DNA of 41,794 bases from Polyangiales bacterium (lineage in GTDB: Bacteria > Myxococcota_A > Polyangia > Polyangiales > Polyangiaceae): the NCBI GenBank assembly GCA_038231275.1, contig JBBRLQ010000048.1:1-41794 (forward strand), given 5' to 3'. The notes below the pieces were generated by a model. It made no database searches, was not told the origin of the DNA, and saw only the letters and a list, made by a program, of their open reading frames with translations. Each line of letters opens with the position of its first letter. Positions within the stretch are counted from its first letter, which is position 1. The translations under genes were made by a program, and so were the position numbers. This document shows positions 32,695-40,876 of the stretch, one piece after another.

Positions 32695-34836
32695 GTGACG
32701 GCCGTGTCCAACGTACCGCTCGTCATCGGACGCTACGTCCTGCTCGACAAGATCGGGGCGGGCGGGATGGCGTCCGTGTTCCTGGGTCGGATGACCGGCG
32801 CGGCGGGGCTCTGCCGCACCGTCGCGATCAAGCGCCTGCACCCGCACCTCGCCGAGGATCGCGAGCTCCTGACGATGCTCCTCGACGAGGCGCGCATCAC
32901 GATGCGAATCCGGCACCCCAACGTGGTGCCGACGATCGACGTCGTGCAGTTGGATCGCGAGCTCTTGATCGTCATGGAGTACGTCGTCGGCGTGACGCTC
33001 GAGCGGGTCCTGCGTCAGGCCGCGCAGCGCAGCGAGGCGCCGCCACCGCCGGTCGCCGCGACCCTCCTCGCCGGCGTGCTCCACGGCCTGCACGCCGCTC
33101 ACGAAGTCCAGGACGAGCGCGGCAGGCCGCTCGACGTCGTCCACCGCGACGTGTCCCCGCAGAACATCCTCGTCGGTGCGGACGGCGTCACCCGGGTCCT
33201 CGACTTCGGCATCGCGAAGGCGGTCGGACGCATGCTGCAGTCGACGCAGTCGGGGCAAGCGAAGGGCAAGCTCGCGTACATGGCCCCCGAGCAGCTCGAA
33301 GGCGGCGCGGTCGATCGTCGGACCGACGTCTTCGCGGCGGGCATCGTGCTTTGGGAGACGCTCACGCTGGCGCGTCTGTTCTCCGCGCCGACCGAAGCGC
33401 TCACGATGGCGAAGGTCCTTCGCGGCGTCGTTCCTCCGCCTTCGACGCTCGCGCTGGGCCTCGACCCACGCTTCGACGCCGTATGCGCGAAGGCGCTCGC
33501 GCGGAGCCCGCAGGCTCGATTCGCGACCGCTCGAGAGATGGCGCTCGAGCTGGAAGCCATCGCGGCCCTCCCGATGTCGGCGATCGCGAGCTACGTCGAG
33601 CGCACGTGCGGCGACGAGCTTCGCGCGCATTCGGAGCGCCTTCGAGCGTCGGAGCTCGGTCCGGGCGAAATGTCCGGCGTGTCGACGGTGCGCGATCCGC
33701 CGCTCATCGCGACCGCGCCGGGAGGACGCGCGTCCTCTGGCAACGTCTTGGTGGCGCCGACGTTACGCTCTCCCGACGCTTCGAAAAAGAAGCGGGCCCT
33801 CGGGGGGCTCGCGCTGGCTTTGGGCGCGCTCTCGCTCGCCGCGGCCTCCGTGACGGCGTGGGCCGTGAAGCACAAAAGCACCACGACCCCCGACGCGGGA
33901 TCGCGCGCCATCGCGGCCAGACGAATCTGGAGCGGCCAGGCGGACGCGGTGCCGGGCGCGTTCGTCGGCGACGCGACGGAGGACTTCGTCGGCGCGATGC
34001 TGGTCGCGGACTCGCCGGTCTCCACGACGTTCAGCGCGGTCGTCACCATGGTCGACGGCGCCACGCTCGAATCGGTGTGGAGCACGCAGCCGATCGAGGA
34101 CGCGATGTGGGCCGCGTTCGGCGCCAACGCCGGCCGCGTGGTGGCCACGACGCATCCGCACGAGGTCACCGTCTACGTGGCGGCGACCGGCGCGATCACC
34201 CACGTCGTCGACACGGCCTTCGCCGTCAAGCAGCTCTGCGCGTCGCCCGACGATCCGCACGGGCTCTGGATGGAGCTCGCCGGCAAACGCGAAGCCGCGA
34301 TCGACCTCGAGACCGGTGCGCTACGACCCACGACGGCGCCGCCGCGCGGCTGCTTCTACCGAGACCCCGCGGGTAAGGCGGGCGCCGAGGCCGTCTTATT
34401 CGCCCACGCGCAGGCGCAGCATGCGTTCCGTCCGATCGACGGTCCCGCGTACAAAGGGCTGCTCCTCGAGGGCGACGTGGCAGTGCACGGCGCCAAGCAA
34501 CCCAGCGGCGACGATCTCGTGGTCGCCTACGACTCGCGGACCTGGAAACAGCTTTGGTCGCGAACCGATCCTCCCTCCACGTCGGTTCCGCACGTGCTCG
34601 ATCTCATCGGCGGGCGCGTGTACATCCAGAGCTCCACGTCGCTGGAGTGCACGGACGCGCGCACCGGCAAGCTGATTTGGAAGGCGGTGCCCGGCCAGAA
34701 GCTGGGAGCGATGACCTCGGGCATGACGCATCTCCGCGCGGGCCCGCAGCGCGTCTACCTCTCGACGCTCGCCAGGCTGATCGTCCTCGACGCGGCGACG
34801 GGCCGCGAGGTCGGCATGTTCCCCAAACCGTTTTGA
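32695..34836 (+). CDS. membrane Ser/Thr kinase with C-terminal PQQ-like beta-propeller
   Basis: GAGGMA, VAIK, HRDVSPQN, DFGIAK, GKLAYMAPE; TM segment; AYDSRTWKQLW, DARTGKLIW, DAATGREV repeats. Confidence 0.92.
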   Translation: MTAVSNVPLVIGRYVLLDKIGAGGMASVFLGRMTGAAGLCRTVAIKRLHPHLAEDRELLTMLLDEARITMRIRHPNVVPTIDVVQLDRELLIVMEYVVGVTLERVLRQAAQRSEAPPPPVAATLLAGVLHGLHAAHEVQDERGRPLDVVHRDVSPQNILVGADGVTRVLDFGIAKAVGRMLQSTQSGQAKGKLAYMAPEQLEGGAVDRRTDVFAAGIVLWETLTLARLFSAPTEALTMAKVLRGVVPPPSTLALGLDPRFDAVCAKALARSPQARFATAREMALELEAIAALPMSAIASYVERTCGDELRAHSERLRASELGPGEMSGVSTVRDPPLIATAPGGRASSGNVLVAPTLRSPDASKKKRALGGLALALGALSLAAASVTAWAVKHKSTTTPDAGSRAIAARRIWSGQADAVPGAFVGDATEDFVGAMLVADSPVSTTFSAVVTMVDGATLESVWSTQPIEDAMWAAFGANAGRVVATTHPHEVTVYVAATGAITHVVDTAFAVKQLCASPDDPHGLWMELAGKREAAIDLETGALRPTTAPPRGCFYRDPAGKAGAEAVLFAHAQAQHAFRPIDGPAYKGLLLEGDVAVHGAKQPSGDDLVVAYDSRTWKQLWSRTDPPSTSVPHVLDLIGGRVYIQSSTSLECTDARTGKLIWKAVPGQKLGAMTSGMTHLRAGPQRVYLSTLARLIVLDAATGREVGMFPKPF

Positions 34837-34855
34837 GAGCCGGTGTCGTGCCGCG

Positions 34856-36190
34856 TCACTTCGAGCGATTGCGGATCCGCTGGAAATAACGGCGACCGAT
34901 GCCGGACGCGTCGCTCGCGCGTCCGACGTGCCCGCCGTGCGCGGCGAGGACCCGCTCGACGTACCTTCGCTCGTACTCCGCGACCACGTGCTGCCGACCC
35001 ATGATGAGCGGGAGGTTCTGATCGAGCAGCGACTCGAGGAAGTCTCCGCCCGTTGCGGCGTCGTCCTTCGCCGCTACGGCCGGCAGCGTGCCCACGTGAG
35101 GCCCGATCTCGCCCATCGTGAGGTAGCGCGCGATCGTGTTCTGGAGCTCGCGCACGTTCCCCGGCCAGGAGTGCCGCTCGATGCGGGCCATGATGTCGGG
35201 GGGAATCGGCGGAACGCCGCCCAGGTCGGACCAGAAGACCTCCGCGAGGAACGGCACGTCCCCTGCCCGATCGCGGAGCGGCGGCAGCTCGACGCGACCG
35301 ATCGCGAGGCGGTAGAAGAGGTCGTCTCGGAAGCGCCCGTCTTGCACTTGCTTGTCGAGATCGCGGCGCGTCGCGCCGATGACCCGGACGTCGACGTGGA
35401 TCCAGTCGTTCCCGCCGACGCGGCGAACCTCCGAGCGCTCGACCGCGCGGAGGAGCTTGGCCTGGAGAGAGAGCTCGAGATCACCGAGCTCGTCGATGAA
35501 GAGCGTCCCGCCGTCTGCCTGCTCGAAGACTCCTTTGCGCGCGGCCTGCGCGCCGGTGAAGGCTCCGCGCTCGTGGCCGAAGAGCTCGCTCTCGACGAGG
35601 TTCGCGGCGAGCGTGGTGCAGTCGATGACGACGAAGGGCGCCGCCGCGCGCGCGCTCGCCGCGTGGATGGCCTCCGCGAGCGCCTCCTTCCCGGTGCCGG
35701 TCTCCCCTTCGATGATCGTCGGGATGTCGCTCGCGGCGAGGCGCTTGGCGATGGCGTAGACGCGGCGCATCTCCGAGCTCGTGCCGAGGACGCGGCCGAA
35801 GCCCGGCACACCGGGCAGCTGCGCCTTGCCGGCGAGCGCATCGACGCGGAGGGTGCTCTCGCCGACCTGGATCGTCTCGCCGCCGGAGAGGATCGCCTCC
35901 ACGATCGACACGCCCTGAAGACGCGTGCCGTTCGTCGAGCCGAGGTCACGCAGACGAAGCACGCTGCCCACGAGCTCGAGCGACGCGTGGCGACGCGAGA
36001 CGAGGCGATCGGCGAGGCGAATCGCGCACGCGGGACCGGTGCCGATGAGAGAGCGAAACGCCGCCGTCGCGTCGAGCTCAATCGCGGCGCCGGCGTCGGG
36101 TCCGGCGACCACCGTGCAACGGTACGTGGTGACCGGCGCGGAACGCAGCGCGCGCGGGTCCACGGAGGTCGCTTCCTCCTCGGGTTTCAC
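34856..36190 (-). CDS. FHA-domain sigma54-dependent enhancer-binding protein (Fis-type HTH)
   Basis: FHA (VSRRHA, DLGSTNGT), GETGTGKE, ELFGHERGAFTGA, LFIDE, RFRDDLFYRL, WPGNVRELQN, C-terminal HTH. Confidence 0.95.
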   Translation of the reverse strand: MKPEEEATSVDPRALRSAPVTTYRCTVVAGPDAGAAIELDATAAFRSLIGTGPACAIRLADRLVSRRHASLELVGSVLRLRDLGSTNGTRLQGVSIVEAILSGGETIQVGESTLRVDALAGKAQLPGVPGFGRVLGTSSEMRRVYAIAKRLAASDIPTIIEGETGTGKEALAEAIHAASARAAAPFVVIDCTTLAANLVESELFGHERGAFTGAQAARKGVFEQADGGTLFIDELGDLELSLQAKLLRAVERSEVRRVGGNDWIHVDVRVIGATRRDLDKQVQDGRFRDDLFYRLAIGRVELPPLRDRAGDVPFLAEVFWSDLGGVPPIPPDIMARIERHSWPGNVRELQNTIARYLTMGEIGPHVGTLPAVAAKDDAATGGDFLESLLDQNLPLIMGRQHVVAEYERRYVERVLAAHGGHVGRASDASGIGRRYFQRIRNRSK

Positions 36191-36288
36191 AGCGCAAATC
36201 GTAGCCCAAAAGAAGGCGCGTCCGGCGATTCCGTTGGCGCGGTAACCGCGATTGGTCGACCGCGAACCGCGCTGGTACCCTTCTCACG

Positions 36289-37773
36289 GTGACGGCATTG
36301 TCCGAGCTGCCGCTTGTGATCGGGCGCTACGCGCTCTTCGACAAGATCGGTTCCGGCGGAATGGCGTCGGTGTTTCTGGGCCGCATGAGCGGCGCCGCCG
36401 GGCTCACCCGCACCGTCGCCATCAAGCGCCTGCACCCCCACCTCGCGGAGAACCGCGAGCTGGCGTACATGCTGCTCGACGAAGCGCGGATCACGATGCG
36501 GATTCGGCACCCCAACGTGGTGCCGACCGTCGACGTGACGCAGCTCGGGGACGAGCTTTTGATCGTGATGGATTACGTCGTGGGCTCGTCGCTCGCGCAG
36601 CTCTTGAGCCACGCCAACGAGCAGCGCGAGCTGCCTCCCCCGGCGATCATCGCGACGATCGTCTCCGGCGTCTTGCATGGGCTGCACGCGGCGCACGAGG
36701 TGAAGGACGAGCGGGGGCAGCCGCTCCGCGTCGTGCACCGCGACGTCTCTCCACAGAACATCCTCGTCGGCGCCGACGGCACCGCGCGCGTGCTCGACTT
36801 CGGCATCGCGAAGGCAGCGGGGCGGCTCCACTCGACGCAGGACGGGCAAGCGAAGGGCAAGCTCGCGTACATGGCGCCGGAGCAGCTCGAAACGAGCGAC
36901 ATCGATCGACGGGCCGACGTCTTCGCGGCGGGCGTGGTCCTGTGGGAGGCGCTCACGTTGAAGCGGCTCTTCGCAGAGGCGAGCGAAGCGCTGACGATCG
37001 CGCGGGTCCTTCGCGGCGTCGTCACGCCGCCTTCCGAGCTCGTGGCGGGGCTCGACACGCGCTTCGACGAGGTGTGCGCCAGGGCGCTCCAGCGCAATTC
37101 TCGCGCCCGTTACGCGACGGCGCGCGAGATGGCCCTGGCACTGGAGGCGTGCGGGACGGTCCCGACGTCGGTGGTCTCTTCGTACGTCGAGCGGTTGTGT
37201 GGAGACGATCTGCGCGCCCGCTCGGCGCGTGTGCAGCGGACGGAGCAGGCCTCCCCCGACGAGTCGGGCGAGTCGACGATCAAGGATCCGACGCCGCAGG
37301 TCAGCACGCTGACGCCGGTGCGCGCGCCGACCCCGGTACGCACGCAGCCGCCGGAGAACGTTCCGACGCTCATCTCGGTGACGCCCCAGCCGATCCAGCC
37401 AGAGCCGCGCGAGGCACGGGGGCTACACGGCTGGCGCCTCGCGCTGCCGATGCTCGCGGTCGCTGGCATCGGGGCCTTCGCGCTGCGCGCGTCGATTCGT
37501 CCCGAGGGCGCGCCGATCGCGGCGAGCCCGGCGCCCGTCTCGCCTCCCGTCCCTGCGCCGCCGCCGATCGGCGCCGTCGACCCGATCGTCGCCGACGCCG
37601 CGGCGATCGCGCAGGCGGTGACCGACTCGGCGGGCGTGCCCAAGCCCATGAGCCGACCGGCGATTCCACCGAGCGCGACGCGGACTGCCGCGCCGGCGGC
37701 GAAGCCCAAGTGCAAGGTCGTGTCCGTGGCGCGCGCCGACGGCACCCTCGATTTCCAGGAGAAGTGCGAGTGA
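36289..37773 (+). CDS. membrane Ser/Thr kinase
   Basis: same kinase motifs as 32695..34836; TM, Pro/Ala linker, C-terminal C...C mini-loop. Confidence 0.92.
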   Translation: MTALSELPLVIGRYALFDKIGSGGMASVFLGRMSGAAGLTRTVAIKRLHPHLAENRELAYMLLDEARITMRIRHPNVVPTVDVTQLGDELLIVMDYVVGSSLAQLLSHANEQRELPPPAIIATIVSGVLHGLHAAHEVKDERGQPLRVVHRDVSPQNILVGADGTARVLDFGIAKAAGRLHSTQDGQAKGKLAYMAPEQLETSDIDRRADVFAAGVVLWEALTLKRLFAEASEALTIARVLRGVVTPPSELVAGLDTRFDEVCARALQRNSRARYATAREMALALEACGTVPTSVVSSYVERLCGDDLRARSARVQRTEQASPDESGESTIKDPTPQVSTLTPVRAPTPVRTQPPENVPTLISVTPQPIQPEPREARGLHGWRLALPMLAVAGIGAFALRASIRPEGAPIAASPAPVSPPVPAPPPIGAVDPIVADAAAIAQAVTDSAGVPKPMSRPAIPPSATRTAAPAAKPKCKVVSVARADGTLDFQEKCE

Positions 37774-38552
37774 CGTGGATGGCGCGGGTCGCCGCAACTG
37801 CGGCGCTGCTCCTTTGCGCGGGGCGTGCCGACGCGGCCGACGCGGACTTCGAGTCGTGCCGCGCGGCAGCGCTCGAGGCGCAGCGGCTGCATGCGGCGCA
37901 GGCGCTGCTCGAAGAGCGCGGCGAGCTCCTCAAATGCCTCCGCCCCGAATGCCCGGACGTCATCCAGGCTTCGTGCCGCGGCTGGCTCGAGGAGAACCAC
38001 GAGGCGCGCCCTAGCCTTGTCGTCATCGCAAAGGACGCGCGCGGCAACGACGTCGTGGGCGCGACGTTCACGGTCGACAAAGACCGCACGGCTCGCAAGG
38101 TCGACGGCAAGCCGCTCGAGCTGAACCCCGGCACGCACACGATTCATGGAGAGGCGCCGAGCCTCGCGCCGCTCGAGATGGAGATCATGGTGGCCATCGG
38201 CGTGAAGCTCCGCCCCGTGACGCTCAGCTGGCCGGCCGCCGCGGAGACGCCGGAGCCGACCAAGCCGCCGCCTCCTCCGAAGACCGTCGAGGTCCGCCCG
38301 ATCCCCGCGCGGGTCCTCGTTCTCGGCGCCGCGTCGGCCGTCGCGCTCGGCGCCGCGACCGTCTTCGGCGTCCTCGCGTGGCGCGAGTACGACGATCTGC
38401 GCGCGAGCAACCGCGGCGATCAGCAGCCGCTCCCCACGTACCGCGTCGCCGGCGACGTTGCGCTGGGCGTCGGCGTCGTCCTCGCGGGTCTCACGCTTTG
38501 GCAATTTCTGACGCGCCCCGCCGTGCGTCAGTTCGAGCACTCGTCCTTGTAG
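37770..38552 (+). CDS. exported PEGA-like protein with C-terminal TM helices
   Basis: GTGA coupling to the kinase; signal peptide, C..CP....C..W, PSLVV.AKD, LELNPGTH, two hydrophobic helices. Confidence 0.75.
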   Translation: MTWMARVAATAALLLCAGRADAADADFESCRAAALEAQRLHAAQALLEERGELLKCLRPECPDVIQASCRGWLEENHEARPSLVVIAKDARGNDVVGATFTVDKDRTARKVDGKPLELNPGTHTIHGEAPSLAPLEMEIMVAIGVKLRPVTLSWPAAAETPEPTKPPPPPKTVEVRPIPARVLVLGAASAVALGAATVFGVLAWREYDDLRASNRGDQQPLPTYRVAGDVALGVGVVLAGLTLWQFLTRPAVRQFEHSSL

Positions 38553-39664
38553 TTGGGGCCGCACGGCGAGCTGGCGTCGACGACCGGGCCGAGCGGACCG
38601 GCGAGCGCCTGCACCGCCGTGAAGCCCACACCCATCGAGAACGCGTCGCACGCGGCGCCGGTGCGGTCGCCAGCGGCGTCGGCCGTGATGTCGGGAGCGC
38701 CGCAAATTCGCGGTTTGATCGCAGCGTAGGTCAGGCTCCCCTTGCAGAGCTTTCCGCCGTCGACGAAGGGGTCGTCGAATTCGGCCAGCGCGGCGAGGGC
38801 GTCGACGGTGGCCCAGCGGCCCGCGATGACTCCCTCCCCCAGCCGTCCGAGACCGCCGTCGCTCGTGACGCGCGCAGCCAGAACGCCGCCTTGCAGCTTC
38901 ACGGTCAGGTTGAACGCGCCCGAAACGGTCAGGGGAAAGTCCACGTGCGCGACGAGGACCCCGCGGGCGACGTAGGCGACGGGATCGACGTACACCGGCA
39001 GGAACGGCGGCCCCTGCTGTCCGGCGACCGAGCTTCGGTTGAGCGTCCAGACGTCTGTTCCGTCGAAACGCGCGGGCGGATGGAAGCCCGCGTCGTTGAC
39101 CGGCGTTCCGTCGGAGATGAAGAGGGCGAGCTCGACCTGCGGGTCGTTCTGCGTGCCGTTGTACTTGTGGAGGACGAAGAGCAGGCTCGCGTGCCCAATC
39201 GCGATGATCTCGTTCGCGCGCGCTTGATCGATGACCTTGCCGAAGCCGCTCAGGCTGGTGAGGAGATCGCCGCCGCCGTTGTCCACGCCGCCGTCGCGAT
39301 CGCACATCAACCCCGTGCCGGCGCAGGCCGGCGCGTCGGGGCAGGTGCACAGACCGTCCAGATCGAAGCCCGGCGCGGGGCCGGCGTCGCCGAAGCCGAG
39401 CTCCACCGTCTGGAGCGCGAAGGTCAGGTCGACGTCGGCGCCGCCCGGATCGTCGGCCGCGGGGCGCGCTGGCCAATGGACGAGCGGACAGCCCGGGGGC
39501 GGCGTGGCGTCGGCGACGTCGTTCGCCGCGTCGCCGGCATCGAGCGGCGGCGCGGCGTCCGCGGGACCGGCGCCGGGGCCGTCGAGCTGAAAGAGCAGCG
39601 AGCAGGCGGCGATCAAGGGCATCCCCACGATGACCACGGCCTTGACCACGCGCCGGCGCATCAC
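38528..39664 (-). CDS. hypothetical Cys-containing lipoprotein
   Basis: LIAAC lipobox, DAG linker, GFDLDGLCT and DRDGGVDN motifs; TACGCT -10 box 6 nt before GTG. Confidence 0.78.
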   Translation of the reverse strand: MMRRRVVKAVVIVGMPLIAACSLLFQLDGPGAGPADAAPPLDAGDAANDVADATPPPGCPLVHWPARPAADDPGGADVDLTFALQTVELGFGDAGPAPGFDLDGLCTCPDAPACAGTGLMCDRDGGVDNGGGDLLTSLSGFGKVIDQARANEIIAIGHASLLFVLHKYNGTQNDPQVELALFISDGTPVNDAGFHPPARFDGTDVWTLNRSSVAGQQGPPFLPVYVDPVAYVARGVLVAHVDFPLTVSGAFNLTVKLQGGVLAARVTSDGGLGRLGEGVIAGRWATVDALAALAEFDDPFVDGGKLCKGSLTYAAIKPRICGAPDITADAAGDRTGAACDAFSMGVGFTAVQALAGPLGPVVDASSPCGPNYKDECSN

Positions 39665-39683
39665 CCGCGCAGCGTACCGCCAG

Positions 39684-39724
39684 TCGGACCACCGCGGTCT
39701 GGTGATCGGACCGAACGGTTCCGA
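39684..39724. promoter_or_regulatory. tandem palindromic UAS (UAS B)
   Basis: TCGGACC-accgc-GGTCTGG (39684-39702) and TCGGACC-gaacg-GTTCCGA (39706-39724), 22 bp period. Confidence 0.75.
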
Positions 39725-39806
39725 TGCTCGCCCGCGACGTGGGTCGTCCCCCGGGAAAAACAGGGCATTTGCCGCGCGACGCACCTCTCCGCACGGTCAC
39801 CGCCCG

Positions 39807-39821
39807 AGGTCTGGCTCTTGC
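39807..39821 (+). promoter_or_regulatory. sigma54 -24/-12 promoter for the DcrB-like/vgrG operon
   Basis: AGGT-CTGGCTC-TTGC(TA); GG-N10-GC. Confidence 0.7.
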
Positions 39822-39834
39822 TACGAGAGAGCAC

Positions 39835-40380
39835 ATGGCCCATCGCCGCGAAGAGTTCGGCCCGTTCACGTTCGAGGCGCCGGCCGAGTGGTCGCGCCGA
39901 ATGGTGCTCGTCTACTCCGACCCATCGAAGTCCGCGTCGCCGATCGTCTTGACGCGCGACCAGCGCCTCGCCGGGGAGGCGCTACCCACCTACGCGTGGC
40001 GGCGCCTGTTCGAGATCGCGCGCGACACCCCCGATCGGCGCGTCGTCGACGCGCGCGCGACCCGGCTCGGCGAGCAGCCGGCGTTCCGCGCGACGCTGCA
40101 CTGGATGACTCCCTCGGGCCCCGCGCGCGAGGCGATCGCCTGGGTGGACGGCGGAGACGGCGCGGTCCTCGTCGCGTCGTGCACGTCGATGGAGGAGGAC
40201 GACGCCTTCCAGCCGTTCGAGCAAGTGCTCGCGGGCATCCGCTTCGGCGCGAGCCCGCCGATCTCGAGCGTCCCTCCCACGCCGCCGGCGCCGCCGCGCT
40301 CGAGCCCGCCGCCCGCGTTCGACAACTCCGCGCTCTACGGGTCGGTGCCGATGCCCGGCGCGCGGCCGATGCGCCGATGA
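39835..40380 (+). CDS. DcrB/DUF1795-like putative T6SS adaptor
   Basis: EFGPFTFEAPAEW, LTRDQR..GEAL.TYAWRRL.EI.R, TRLGEQPAFRA; paralog of 7892..8422; in operon with vgrG. Confidence 0.72.
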   Translation: MAHRREEFGPFTFEAPAEWSRRMVLVYSDPSKSASPIVLTRDQRLAGEALPTYAWRRLFEIARDTPDRRVVDARATRLGEQPAFRATLHWMTPSGPAREAIAWVDGGDGAVLVASCTSMEEDDAFQPFEQVLAGIRFGASPPISSVPPTPPAPPRSSPPPAFDNSALYGSVPMPGARPMRR

Positions 40381-40399
40381 GCCTCCGGGAGCCGAAGCC

Positions 40400-40876
40400 A
40401 TGAATCCTGCGGACCAACAGAGCTACGACCTCGATTCGCCGGGCGACGTCTACCAGCTCAAGCGAATGGACGACAACGAGATGGCGCGCAAGCCCAAGCC
40501 GGCGTGCCCGACGTGCAGCGCCGCCGACAAGGACAAGCCCAACCCCAAGCACAAGCTCTCCGTCACCACGTACCAAGGCGGTCCGTTCACGGCGACCAAG
40601 ACGATGGACCTGACCGACGGCACCTCGTACACGGGCGTCGGCGTGGCGTTGCCGCCGGGCATCGGGATGTCGCAGGAGGTTTGCGTGGTGCAACCATTCC
40701 CCGGCAACAGCGCGGCCGACGTGATCACCGGCACCGGCGCGACGCTTTCGTACAACGGGGAGATCGCGGGCCCGTCCGCTTCGATCGGGGGAAACACCAG
40801 CGGCGTCATCGGATGTGTGGGCGTCTCTACCGGCGTCGGGGGCGGCTGGGCGGCGGGCGGTGGCTACACATGGTGA
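40400..40876 (+). CDS. small protein with CxTC leader and Gly-rich beta C-terminus (cassette B cargo)
   Basis: GGGAG RBS; overlaps the vgrG start; leader shared with 7578..7895. Confidence 0.78.
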   Translation: MNPADQQSYDLDSPGDVYQLKRMDDNEMARKPKPACPTCSAADKDKPNPKHKLSVTTYQGGPFTATKTMDLTDGTSYTGVGVALPPGIGMSQEVCVVQPFPGNSAADVITGTGATLSYNGEIAGPSASIGGNTSGVIGCVGVSTGVGGGWAAGGGYTW

